From Podarcis liolepis (taxonomy: Eukaryota), in the NCBI GenBank assembly GCA_965112155.1, contig OZ218103.1: DNA of 64,000 bases, one strand, 5' to 3'. The notes beneath the pieces are model-generated. The model was given only the letters and a program-made list of their open reading frames with translations, did no database searches and was not told the DNA's origin. Below, one piece after another: positions 48,416-60,400 of the stretch (positions within the stretch are counted from its first letter, which is position 1; each line of letters opens with the position of its first letter). The position numbers and the translations under genes were made by a program.

Positions 48416-51400
48416 CTGTAAAAAACACACACACACACAAAAAAATGTGGCTCAAAGTCAGTCACTATTATGGCATAGAAAGCAGGGAGCCTGCGGTCAT
48501 CCAGATATTACATGACTGCATCTCAAATTATCTCTGCCCATTGGCCAGGAATTGTAGTCCCAACAATCTGGAGAGTCACAGGCTCCCCACCCCTGCTGTG
48601 AATGAAATCTCTGTTTAGCGGCTGTATATTTAATTCTTCTCAGCAGTTAAGTGAAATCAGGCAGACAGCTTGTCTCCATTATGACATTCCCAGAATTGCA
48701 TTCTGTTTAGGACAAATTAATCCACATACCCCGTCTTCTCCATCACCAGTGCGTATTTAGAAACATTCTATACACACAATGAAAATATCTAACCCTAACA
48801 ACAGATCATGAGAACAAAGGAGCTGGTTCAAAGTTTGAATAATTAATCCATGCTAAGTTAGCAGGGGGTGGGCAGGAATCGCATGCACTGCTGTCTGCAA
48901 TGGTACACAGGTTTTCCATTAGAAGCAGGTACATATAAGATGCCAGAGTTCATTAACTTGGGTTCCTTTGCCAACTCCCTTAAAGCCCAGGAATCAGATA
49001 TAGTAAATAGCAGGGTAGCAAGCTTCTGCTTCGTGTATCCATCCTAAATGACCTTTTCCTCCCCTCATTCAATCAATTGATTTACAGTAATCAATTCTGT
49101 GAATGAATAAAAATATGCTCCCACTTAGCTTGGCAAGCATTTCTTGGGTTTCTCTGCATTTCCTAGTATAAACCTGGACCCCTTATACTCTCTCTTACCA
49201 TCCATATTATCGTATTGGCGCAGCTCATGATCCAGTTGGCACTGCTGTTCCTCTAGTTTCAGCTCTTGCACCCTATGGGGTAAAAAATAACAACTGAGAA
49301 CTTTGGTCATTTATAATTGAGAAGCTCATGATAGTATACAAGATCCACTCTTGAGAAGTCTTCCAATTGATTCTCCCTTTGTTAGTAACAGTCCTCTGTA
49401 TACTGTCAGCTCAAATATCCATATACTTTAAGCCTCATTAAGAACAGACTATTGGGCAGGAGTTAAAGTAGTAATGAATAAGGCATGTCTGCCTTGTCTA
49501 ACTGGAGCTTCCCAGGGAAAGGTCCTGTTCTCCCAGAGATAGCCAATACTTCTGCAGTTTACAGAGGCCTTTCTATCTACAGAACATTACCAGGGGAGTA
49601 GTTCTTCTATATACACATGGCAGACTTTCAACATAAGGTCTGGTCCAGTGCCAACTTTGCATGGGTTCATTCTCAGAATTCCCACTGCTGGTCTGCATCA
49701 GCCTCCCAGATGTTGCTGGACTCAAGCTCCCATCAGCCCCAGCTCATGTGGCCAGTGGACAGGGATGATGGGAGCTGTAGTCCAATGAAAGGCTGGTGTA
49801 TGTCACATTCTGCCAGCTGTGTGTGTTTTGTTTCAAATGAGCTAGCTGTTTGAAACCAAGCAAGGAAAGGGGACAAAAACGACTTTTTAAAATGGCTTAG
49901 GGGACTAAGATCTGCTAGTAAGTCCAAGAGCAACTCTAAACCCCTTCACCTCCCTTCCCCACCCTTGACTGGCACAGTAGTTCTATTCATGCTGTCTGTG
50001 TGACACACCATCTTCCAGCACTCTGAATATGAACTAGGTTGGGTTGTTAACGGCATTCAAGGTAGCGCAGGAACCAGAAGAATGCCACTGGGGTATCAAG
50101 AAAAACTGAGCACTACATGTGATAGTACAGGAAGGAGCAGTGCTGTACCAATTCCCCTGTGATCAGAACTGACATGAGTACCAGGTCTCAAAACTATGAG
50201 AGGCTGGGTCTCTTACGCAATCATGAGGTCAGACTCCTCACACATCAGGCTGTTCTTCTTTTGGACCAGGGAAAGCAGCTGGTTCATCCATTGTTTTAGT
50301 TCAGCGTCTGTTCCTGGAGGATAAAGGAGGGAAGAAGTTATCCCTGGAGTACAGCTGCCATTGCATGTATTATCCATAGGCTGCAGCCTCACCCCCATCT
50401 CTCTTGGCAGAAGCCCAGGCTCTTACCTCTCTCTTCCCGCAGAGATCGCTCCAGCTCTATGCCCTGTTGTTCAAGCTCTCGGAAAGTCACTTCAATCTCT
50501 TCCAGCCTCCTCTGGATTGACTGGAATGCCCAAGCAATAAAGAGTTGGTCAAATCAAGAAAGCATTTCAAAGTGTAATGAAGAGGAACCCAAGCACGGGT
50601 GGATAGCTTCCCAGAATAGCTGGCAGGAACTCTTATAGGGTAGTAGTACACTTTTTGGCAAAACCTGGCAGTGTTTATGATTGTCTGTGAAGCAAAAAAT
50701 GCCCGTGTGTTACATCATTAAAAATCTAAGGGCATGATCCAATCCCTCCTGCACCTGAAACTCTGGATGTACAGGCTACTTAAGACTATAAGTGTAATTT
50801 AGTCATTTTACAGTCTCTTGAATATTTCTGCCATTAACTTTATATGTGCGCACCATTTGCAACAGTTTAGAACCTATCAACTGTTGTGAAATAACTCACA
50901 AAGGATTTATAACTATTATAATCATCACGCTCATACAGTTCTATAAATTAAATTTTGAAATACTTTATACCATTTAGTTGAATGAGCAAAATAGTCAACC
51001 TAGGGCTTCACACAGACGGTGTTTTGGCACAGGAAGCAGCACACCATTTCCACGTAACCCAAACATCCTGCACCTGCGAGCTTCAACTGTATATATACAG
51101 TACACAGTAGTTATATACACCCTTCCAGAAGCAGGTCTGCTTGAGGTGTTTTATTTATTAAAAGCATTTCTAAACCTCGGCCCTATTTTAACATCTCTAA
51201 GCGGTATGAAAAAATACAACATAAAAACCAGTAAAATGGTATAAAGATTAATTAAGAACCTGGTCCAATCTTCTGGGGCTGGGACTTATGGGAGTTATCC
51301 TCCCAATGTTCTGAAGTGCATCACATTCCAGTTTCAGGAAGCCTAACCTACTTATATGGGGTGGGGCATTAACAGTGGGAGCAACTAGGGTACAAGAGGA

Positions 51401-54400
51401 AGAAGCTAAGTGAGAGTTTACATCTAAATTAACAGGAAGAGGGCTCCAAAGTGGAGAAAATAGGTGGTGCACAGGTGATACTAAAGCCAGGAACTGGTAC
51501 TATCAAGTCAGTGGATATGGGCTATTTCACATTAGAAGTGAACACTGTTTTTTAGTCATTCGTTCATTTGTTGCAATCCAGCTTGGAAGGGGTGGGTGTG
51601 TGGGTGTGTATCCATCCTAAAGGGCATATTAGAAATCCATTAAATAATACTTTTTATATAGGTCAACAGTCACATATCATTAGTCCTGGTGTAGGGCAGC
51701 TCCCCATTTTATGCAGCAAACACAACAAGGGTGATTCCCCACCCCAAGTGAATCTTTAAGCATTCGTGTGCTGGAAACCCTTCCTGGAACAGCTAGATGT
51801 CTACATAATGAATTTTCTCTGGGAAATGGTAGTAAAGCTTGGATATATGCAAGCAAACATTCACCACATAAAGTGTGCAACTGTTTATAGTAACAGGGAG
51901 AATCTCTAGAGACACCTAACGGCCTCGGGGCCTGAGATGTGAAATAGCAGGCTGCAAGGTATCTGAAGCTTCCACCCTTAATTTCTGCAGCCCCATTCCT
52001 CACTGGGACGATCCCTGTAAAAGTATCAATGCCCGTCCACCAGCGGAGCATGCAAGTATTACCTGCGCTTTGCAGAACCTTTTCATTTGCGCCTCTTTGG
52101 CTCGTCGCATCAGTGTCTTCTTCCACGTTGGATACTGAGGTTCTTCAGTGAAGCTCAGGAAATGCTGCAGCCGCAACACACAAGCAAGAATCAAATGAGA
52201 TGTTTTTAAAAGCCGCTGTCCGCCATCTAAACTGCAGCCACAGTTTAGGGCTAGGCTACTGCATACTTTCCAGCTATAACCAACAGTGACCCAGCCCCTT
52301 TACAAGAAGGTACAAAAATAAATACATAAGCCCAAGGTGCCTGGTGTGACATCACTGGGGAAAAGACGAGTGAATTGTTATCGCAAAATCGAGAGCAACT
52401 TAATGCTCAGAGTCTGGCCTACCCTGCAGCTGGCCTACCCTGCAGCTGCAAGAAGTCTTGACAGAGTGACTCACTCTCCAGTCAAAACTTGTTGTGTAGA
52501 CAGGACCATGCCCAGAATGCACAACGGAGAGGGTTGTCTTCAGGGCTTTGTGAGGTTCTTGTTAGTCATCCTTTCAGAACACGGATGTCTGCTGCTATTC
52601 TTACAGACCCCCAAGCCAATTGCAGCCCCCTTGAGGGGGAATTCCAAATATTCATCTGTGGTCCTTTTCCAGATCGTGTGTCATAAATTTAGGGCCTAGC
52701 ACCACCCATGCAAACTGTGGATAGGGAGGAGCTCCATGGATAACAAGGTGCCTACTGGAGCTTCCAACCAGCCACACCACTTGGCCAACTACTTCTGAGA
52801 CTCCCTTTGTTGATGTGAAGTGCTGGGAGTATGAAAGACTTGTGGCCTGTTGCCAGTGAGATGGAGGAGATGGGGCAATGGGAGGGGTGTGGGGAAGAAA
52901 AGGAGAATGAAGATGGGGGTATACAGAGAAACCTGTAGGGTAAGGAAAGAGAAGGGGGTAACAGATGCGGAGAAACTTGTGACAGTATAGGGGGAGAAGA
53001 GCAAATGATGGGATGCAGATTTTTAAAAAAATATATAAACACAAAAATTAACAGGCTAGAGACAGAAAAAGAAGAGAGAAGGTGAGCCTGTTGAATCAGA
53101 AAACAACAAAAAAGGAGCTACAGAGAGGGAGAAAAGTGGGTTTTTTTGGAGAGGGAAGAGAAAAAGAAGTAGAGTTAACAGAAGGGTTATGAGAGATGCG
53201 GTGGTGAGAGGAATCCCATGATTTGCTGAAGAGATTATGTGAAAAACCGAAAGAAAATGCTTTCCTGCTGTTAAAAGCAGAGAATTGAAGTTGGAAAGGA
53301 CCACAAGGGTGATCTAGTCCAATCCCTTCAAAGCAGGAATCTTGCCCAACACAGGGCTCGAACCCAGGGCACTGAGATTAAAAGTCTTATGCTCTACCAA
53401 CTGAGCTATCCCAGTTTTGCTATGTTTGGATGTCGTGATGATAACACAGCCCTCCTGAGTTACTGAAAATGGTCCTGAAAGTGGTTTGAGTCGTGCTTGT
53501 CTGCTGTGGTGGAATTGAAGTTTGGGCTTCTACACTCACAATATATGCTGCAAGATCTTGGCTCATTGTTTCTTCCTCCTCTTCTTCCTCTTCACTGTCA
53601 CTGTCAATCTCCAGAGAATCTGTCAAAAAAAGGACAAGAGAAAAATATTTCATTCCAGTGACTTGTGGAATGACGCCATAAATTAAAGGGTGATTTGTGG
53701 GCTGGGGGTGGAGTGAAGCTTTCTTTTATAGCTAGAGATATCCAAGAGAAGAACTGGTTTTATATAATGAAGTGGGGAAGCAGGCACATTGATGCTATGT
53801 TCACTTCTTTTCTACGGACAGTGAAAGTAGAATTACTTCTGTACCAATCAAAATCTGGGCCCAACGCTGCTAACAATGAAATTCCTCATCACCAGTTAGT
53901 ACTGCAGTGATCCGAGACCCAAAACAAAACTGTTCCATAGAGGCCAGTGGATGCTGGTACTATAGCCCTTAAACATTTATGAAGCATTAACAGAACAGGG
54001 CACGTGCTTCCTGTTTTATGGTCTCCAGAAAGAGGACAAAGGTTAAGAAAGATAACAGGAAAGCACAATATGGGAGGGTTAACTCCCATGTCGAAGAACA
54101 GAAATGGGTCTGGCAAGCTATGTGAGTTCGATTAAGCAGGCAATATGGAGAATGCTGCTGATGCTGCCGCCACCACCTACTTAAACCACCTCATCTTAAA
54201 GGATGAGGGTTTATTAGAAGACACTACCATGGAAGTGGACCAGAGTAAACAGCTCTCTGGGCCACAATGAAGGCAACTCTGATCTGCTAACATCCCAAAT
54301 GCTTCCGTTTCAGAAGCAACAAGCTAAATCTTCAATGTCACAAAGAATAATGTGTTTTAATATGGGATTGCACGGTGGAGAAAACCCATGTGAGCAGGAT

Positions 54401-57400
54401 GAACATCGCACAGCACACACAAATGGATATGCTACTCAGGAAGCCCTGAAGCCATATGCAGCTGTACAGGAAAGAGCACATGGTGACAGCTGAGCATGGC
54501 CTTTGACACTTAGGTTTAAAATCAAAGGTGGGGGAGCCATTTCAATGGCTCGGATGTTGTTCTGTTTTGGTGAGGTTTCCTCCCATGTTTATGGTCTGCC
54601 CCAAACTTTTTGGATAAGGCATATGATATATAAATAAAACAACCTTCTGAGATGGTGCTGAAGCTGGGTTCTTCTATTTTCATATCTGGAAAGTGAAATG
54701 AGGCTGATATTGGACTCAGTCGGGATAACTCAAGCTTTTCCAGGGCTGACAAGCAAATCTTTTTCTTTGGGAGATTTCCACACTCCTTCTGTTCTAGTTT
54801 GGAGCTCTGAGCAGTTGGCACCTTTCCAGAAAGAAAAGGATCTGTATCAGTTCCTTGAATTCCTGTCACCAGGCTGTCACGTGTCTCTTCTTGGGACTGG
54901 CTGCCAGTCCAGTTTTCTGGTTCAAGTCTCTCTCTTTTTGGACTGGCCTTGTTTCCATCTCTGCCTTCACCTACAACCTCTGAAGTTAAACCAGCCTCAG
55001 AAACAGAGTCCGCCAACTTCTTGTCCACCTCCACTAATGGTTGACGATGTGGATGCCAGGATGAGTTCATAGTACAAGAGCCTCCATTTACTCTGGCTGG
55101 GAGTAAGCTGTGGCCTTCAGCAGCTGATTTATGAAGTTCTGTAGGCAGCTGATCTTCGAAAGACAGCAGGTTCTCATCCAGGCGTGGTTGATATGGACCC
55201 TTTTCCATCTTATTGTCCTCGGCAGCCAAGTCCAGAATGCCTTTGTCTGAAGGAATGAGGAGTTTGGAGGAATCCTAGGGAGACAAAAAAGCCGGTTTTC
55301 CAAGCAAGCAAGTTGCAAGGCTGTCGCCCATGAGCGTGACAGGAAGTAACATGGAATACGCTACTGGACAGAGTTACTAGGTTAATTATCAGCTAGGGAG
55401 CTGCCTTGCTAGTCAGCACCAAATGCCTCCAATTCTGAAAAGGCATCCATCCCACTCACCTTACGTGCTGCTCTGACAGAGGTTGTGCTGCTGGGTGTAG
55501 TTATGTCCTCGGAGGTAGGACAGTGCAGCATGCAGTAGAAATTACCTAGGAGTAAAATCAAGACAGCCATAATCAGGTAGGGTATGTTGCTTGCATTCAC
55601 CTGACTTGCCAATAAACATGACTGCCAGGGCAGATTCAGATACCTGAAGGAGAATAAAAGCAAATGGCGCAAATGAATCTTGATATGCACTTGCAGGAAG
55701 TAGAGACACAATGCAAAGAAAGGCAGCCAGTTTGGATTTCAGAGAAATCAATGCCCCCGTCTGCACTGACGGCTGTGCCATTCAGGCTAAGCAACTACGT
55801 CTTCTCAACTCCACTCACCGTCATCTTCATTGAAGGCGTAGTCCCCCAGGCGCAGTGTCGTCTTGCAGCGGCGACACTTGAAACAGCCACGGTGGAAGAA
55901 GCATCCCTCCGCGCTGACTCGCTCCAGGATGTACACACGATCTCCGCAGAAATAGCAGGCATCGCTGCTCCTCACTGAGGAGGTGACAGGGCTCTGCCAA
56001 AAGACCAACACCTTTAGGACCAAACGTTCCAAGTCATCTTGTGCTTTGGTTTCAAAATACATGGTTCAACCCAATGAGACACATTAACAAATATCCACAA
56101 GTTGCTGGACTACAACTCTCATGATCCCTGAGCTCCTGCTGGGATGATGGGAGTTGTAATCCAACAACATCTGGGAGAGCCGCTGGTCCCCCACCCCTGG
56201 TAATGGTAACAGCCCTCTGGGCTCTCTGCCTCCGACATTTGGCGATGACCTCACTCCATCCCGAGTGAGATAAACGTATCAGGCAGCATTACAAGTTACA
56301 TTCCAATGTCTTCCGCCAAGAAAACAGCCTCAACAAGACAATGGCTACAAGGTCCAGCAAGTCGTTCCTTTCCGTCAGATAAGAGGAAGGGCGGGTTTGA
56401 GTCTCGAGAGAAGAGAGCTGCCAGGCTCTCTGCCAGTATGTAACTGAAGCACATGAATGCAATAAAAATCTTCGTTTTTTGCCCAGTGACATCTGGCTTC
56501 TTCCAGGCCTAACAGCTGTTTCAGCTTGGCTTATGCATGAGAGCTAGCAGCCTGCAGCCTGATACAGGGAGGAACATTTAGCAGCCGCCCTGAGTGTGGG
56601 CAAGTGGTCAGCCTTCATAGGCAGCATCCAACCTCCTCGCAACTGTTATTTGCCTCCAGTGTATCCTACCAGCCAGAATTCTGGTGCAACGTTTTGTGTG
56701 AAAAGGGAGGAAATCAATATTTTTTTGAGCACTTAAAAATAAATTTTGTGGTGGGCCACAGCAAAGTTCAAATTGGAACTGAGGCAGGGTGGGATTTCCC
56801 AAATGACATTTGAGTTCCAATTTTCACAGGCGGAATTTGACCCTCGGGATCAGTCTTTGAACTGCAGTCTTAAAGTTATATTAGTTATCTGGCAGTTGCA
56901 GTCAATAAACTGCATGCACTGGATTTCCCATCATGTGTTAAAAGGTCAGAAAATCTACAGAGTCAATAGCAATGACTCAAATAAGGAGGGTTATGGAGTT
57001 TCCTTAAATGAAACTCCCTGAAATACACACTGGATTAAAAAATGGAATTTTTCAGAAGCAATGAATTTTCAGAAGCAATGAATTTCCATTCCCAACACTA
57101 CTCTGGACCCAGACATATCTAATGTTAACTTCACACATAACCAGATTCCTGCAATGAAGGCATTTCCATGTAGAAATTCACAGGAAAACCAAAATGTAAC
57201 CATAATGTGTGAAGATGCTGCACTCAAAAGAGTTCCCCTCCCCACCGTATATTCATGCAATGGGAAACTGCAGATGGCTAAAGCTTCCCGCAGGCAGTGA
57301 AATACCACAGGAGTTTGGTATACAATGATCCACATGCAGATTTCATGTTCATTTTTTCAAGCCAGTACCTTCCATGTGGAATCATCACATATGACATCCT

Positions 57401-60400
57401 CTAAAACTTGTCTAGTACCAGATGAACCCCTAAGTGCGATGACGGAAGAACTTACCCCAGCCTCTTGCTTGGTCTTTTTGGCTTGGTCATCCATTGCAGA
57501 GCTCTCCTGCAATCGAAAATTATGACTTTGGAGCAGCAGAAAAGACAGAAGGCCAAAGACACTTTGCTCCTGCAATAAACGTAACCCCCACTGCCAGCCC
57601 CCCGTCCTGTGCTTCTTACTAGGGACATCTGAAAATGGGGAGAGCTAAAGTGATCTGGGAAGAGATCATACCAGCTGCCAAAAGGCCACTAGCCAGCACA
57701 TAAGGCACAAACAAACACACTGCTGGGAATGTCTGGTGATGGGCTAGCAATGGCTGTGGAGAGAGACTCACCAGGGCACGTTTACGTGAGAGAGAGAGAC
57801 TTTTCTGAAGCTTGCTGAGGAAGAGGATCGCTCCCTTGGTACCACGTGTTGACAGAATCATCGAACTTTTCTCTTCTGGTTCTGGAAGAGAGAATGCAGT
57901 GTTTAGGAACTTGGGAAGCTGCCAGATACTAGTCCATCTAGCTCAGTACTCTACTGTCTACAATGACTGTGGCAGCAGCTTCCCAGGGGTCCCCGAACTA
58001 CCTGGAGATGCTGCAGATTGAACCTGGAATTGAACCTGGGAAGAGTCCCCAAGGACCAGGCAGAGAGGCCTGGAAACAAGGTTCCCCACTCCCCTTGTGA
58101 GGCTTCCCTTGTAGGAAAATCCCCAGGACTGGGTTCCTTGGGACTCCCTACCTGGAGAGCTCTTGAAGGCATCATAAAACTGGCTCAGGTAGGTGATCAA
58201 GCCAAGCCTCTGATGTTCAGACATCGAAGCCATTTCAGTGCTGGAGAGGACCGGAGGGATCCCTAGCTCTTGCTCTGCCACGTCTAAGGCCAGCTGGTTG
58301 TTCCCAATGGGGTCGTTCTGGTTGAGTGCGTTGACGTCTCTAGAGAAGGAAGATACAAAGTCAAGGTGACTGACAGGACTTAGCCCAGACTGAGAGAAAC
58401 TTTAACCAGACACCTGAAGCAGAAGGTGAAGTGTGTGACAGTTTCTTTAAAAACGATAGCAAAACAACTCCCAGCTCATGACAAGCTGGCTTGTGTGAAG
58501 CGGCTGCCATGTGTATTACTGGGCACCAGGAGGCAGTCATACAAATTATGTTTCACTTTAAACAAAACAGGAAAACCACACACAGCACTGCTTCCAGTAA
58601 TGGGATGTCAGCCAGCAATCCTCCCACCCCTGTTTTAACAACCTTGCTCCCATCTCATTTCACTATGCAAGGACAGGAGGACTCCCTGCTTCTCTTGATC
58701 ATCAAAAACAGGCAAATGAAATGTCGCTGCCATCCTATCTGGCAGGCAAGACTGTGAAGCAACAGACTCCCAGGTTGGGGAGTCTGTGGCTTTGTGGCCA
58801 TCAACCCCCTGAAACACCCTCTAGGAATTGAGAAACACGCAGAGACTGCTTTGTGGTGGGGTGGGGCACCTATTTCAGACTGAAGACCACACTCCCTTCC
58901 CACAGCCTTGGGTAAGTGTCCCATGGCAGTGGCAGGCAGGGAGACTTTTTTTTTTTTTTTTTTTGTTTCCTGCTTGGCAGGGGGTTGGACTCGATGGCCC
59001 TTGTGGTCTCTTCCAACTCTATGATTCTATGATTCTATGAAAAGTGGGTAGAGCAATTAGTGTAAATTCTATCTTTGTACAGTAGCTGGTTTCTTCACAC
59101 CTGCAGCTCCCTCCCTCTCCTCCATCCAGGCAAGTAAGAGGCCTGATCGGATCTCAAGACACATCCCAGCCAGGCACAGGGACTCAAGGAGGTGCAAAAT
59201 AAAGGATGTCATGTGGGGAAAGTCCCACAGGAGAGAGCTGGAGAGATGTGTTTGGCTCCTGGGCCTGAGGTTCTCCATCAAGTCACATCTGCCTTTATGG
59301 CCACCCTCTCTTTCTCCGTGACTGGTAAGAGGGAGGGAAGAAAGGATGGTTGCTGTGGGGAAGAGGCTTGAGAATTGGTACCTCTCTAGATCAGCAAGGC
59401 AAAAGCTACCTGCAGGCCACAAGGTCTTCCCATGCCTGGCCTAGCTTGACCCTGACATCTGAGGCTCAGTGGACTCCCCTTGGTTCTGAACCTCCAACAC
59501 AAAGGAAGGCTAGGATGGAAGCGTTCAGCTCTGCTTTTCTGAAGTAGAACTATATAGAGTAGGAGAGTTCCACTCACAACACAAAGGCAGCAGCACCATG
59601 TGGTGATTTCTAGAGGGGGATAGATGCTGAGCTTCCCAAAATGGAACAAATCACCAGGTCAGTAATGGAGATCTCTAGGCTGACTAGATCTGTGGCTCAC
59701 ACACACAGCTTCTATCCCAGCATCAAATGGCAACTTGCATGTCTGTGAGCCACCACAGATCAAACTTCTTGCAAATCTCTGCATATCACTTTGTACATAA
59801 GACATTTCACTGCAGTCCATTCACACTTTCAGCTGTGTTATAAAGAATTAAGAAATAAAGGCATATATGGACTAGCCCTTAATTTAGGCCTTTGGGATAC
59901 ACAGTTTGCTGAATGTGTGTGTGATTTAGAAAAAAAAGCACTTAGCCACAGAATAAGTTGACCTGCACAACAAATTTAAAATATATTTTTCTACAAATGG
60001 ACAGTATAATCACTCTGAAGTAGCGTTTCCTGAGCGGTACAGCAATAGCTAATCGTTATGCCTTTATAAAGTTTGCCTCTAATGTGCCTACAAGCATTCC
60101 CTCCCTCCGGCAAGGCTCACTCACAGAAGATCTGGTCGGAAGTGATGTATGAGGGCACACAGGGCCAGGCCACTTTTCCAGGAGGATGTGAAGTCTTCTA
60201 CCTTGATGCCACGATAATTTGCTGTATTAGTTTGACACCAGCTAAGCAGCTCCTCATAGGCTCTGTTGGAATCTGGAGAAGGGTGGATGAAGGATGATGG
60301 AAGGGAGAGAGAGAAAGAGCAAACCAAGCTAAGGGTACATGAAAGAGGGCCACTTGGTCCAGTTCCCAAGATGTACCTAGTGACAAGCAGGTATTGGGAA

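Noticed and set aside
52414-52445. 16-bp tandem duplication (similar short duplications near 38716 and 57046)
   Set aside because: Two-copy slippage events with no spacers; not CRISPR-like or otherwise structured.
53343-53415. Functional tRNA-Lys(UUU) gene
   Set aside because: Acceptor, anticodon and T stems contain mismatches and it is fused to a CR1 tail; treated as a SINE.
55246-55248. Alternative acceptor for the large MICAL1 exon
   Set aside because: Phase 1, incompatible with the phase-0 upstream donor at 55460; the acceptor at 55274 fits.
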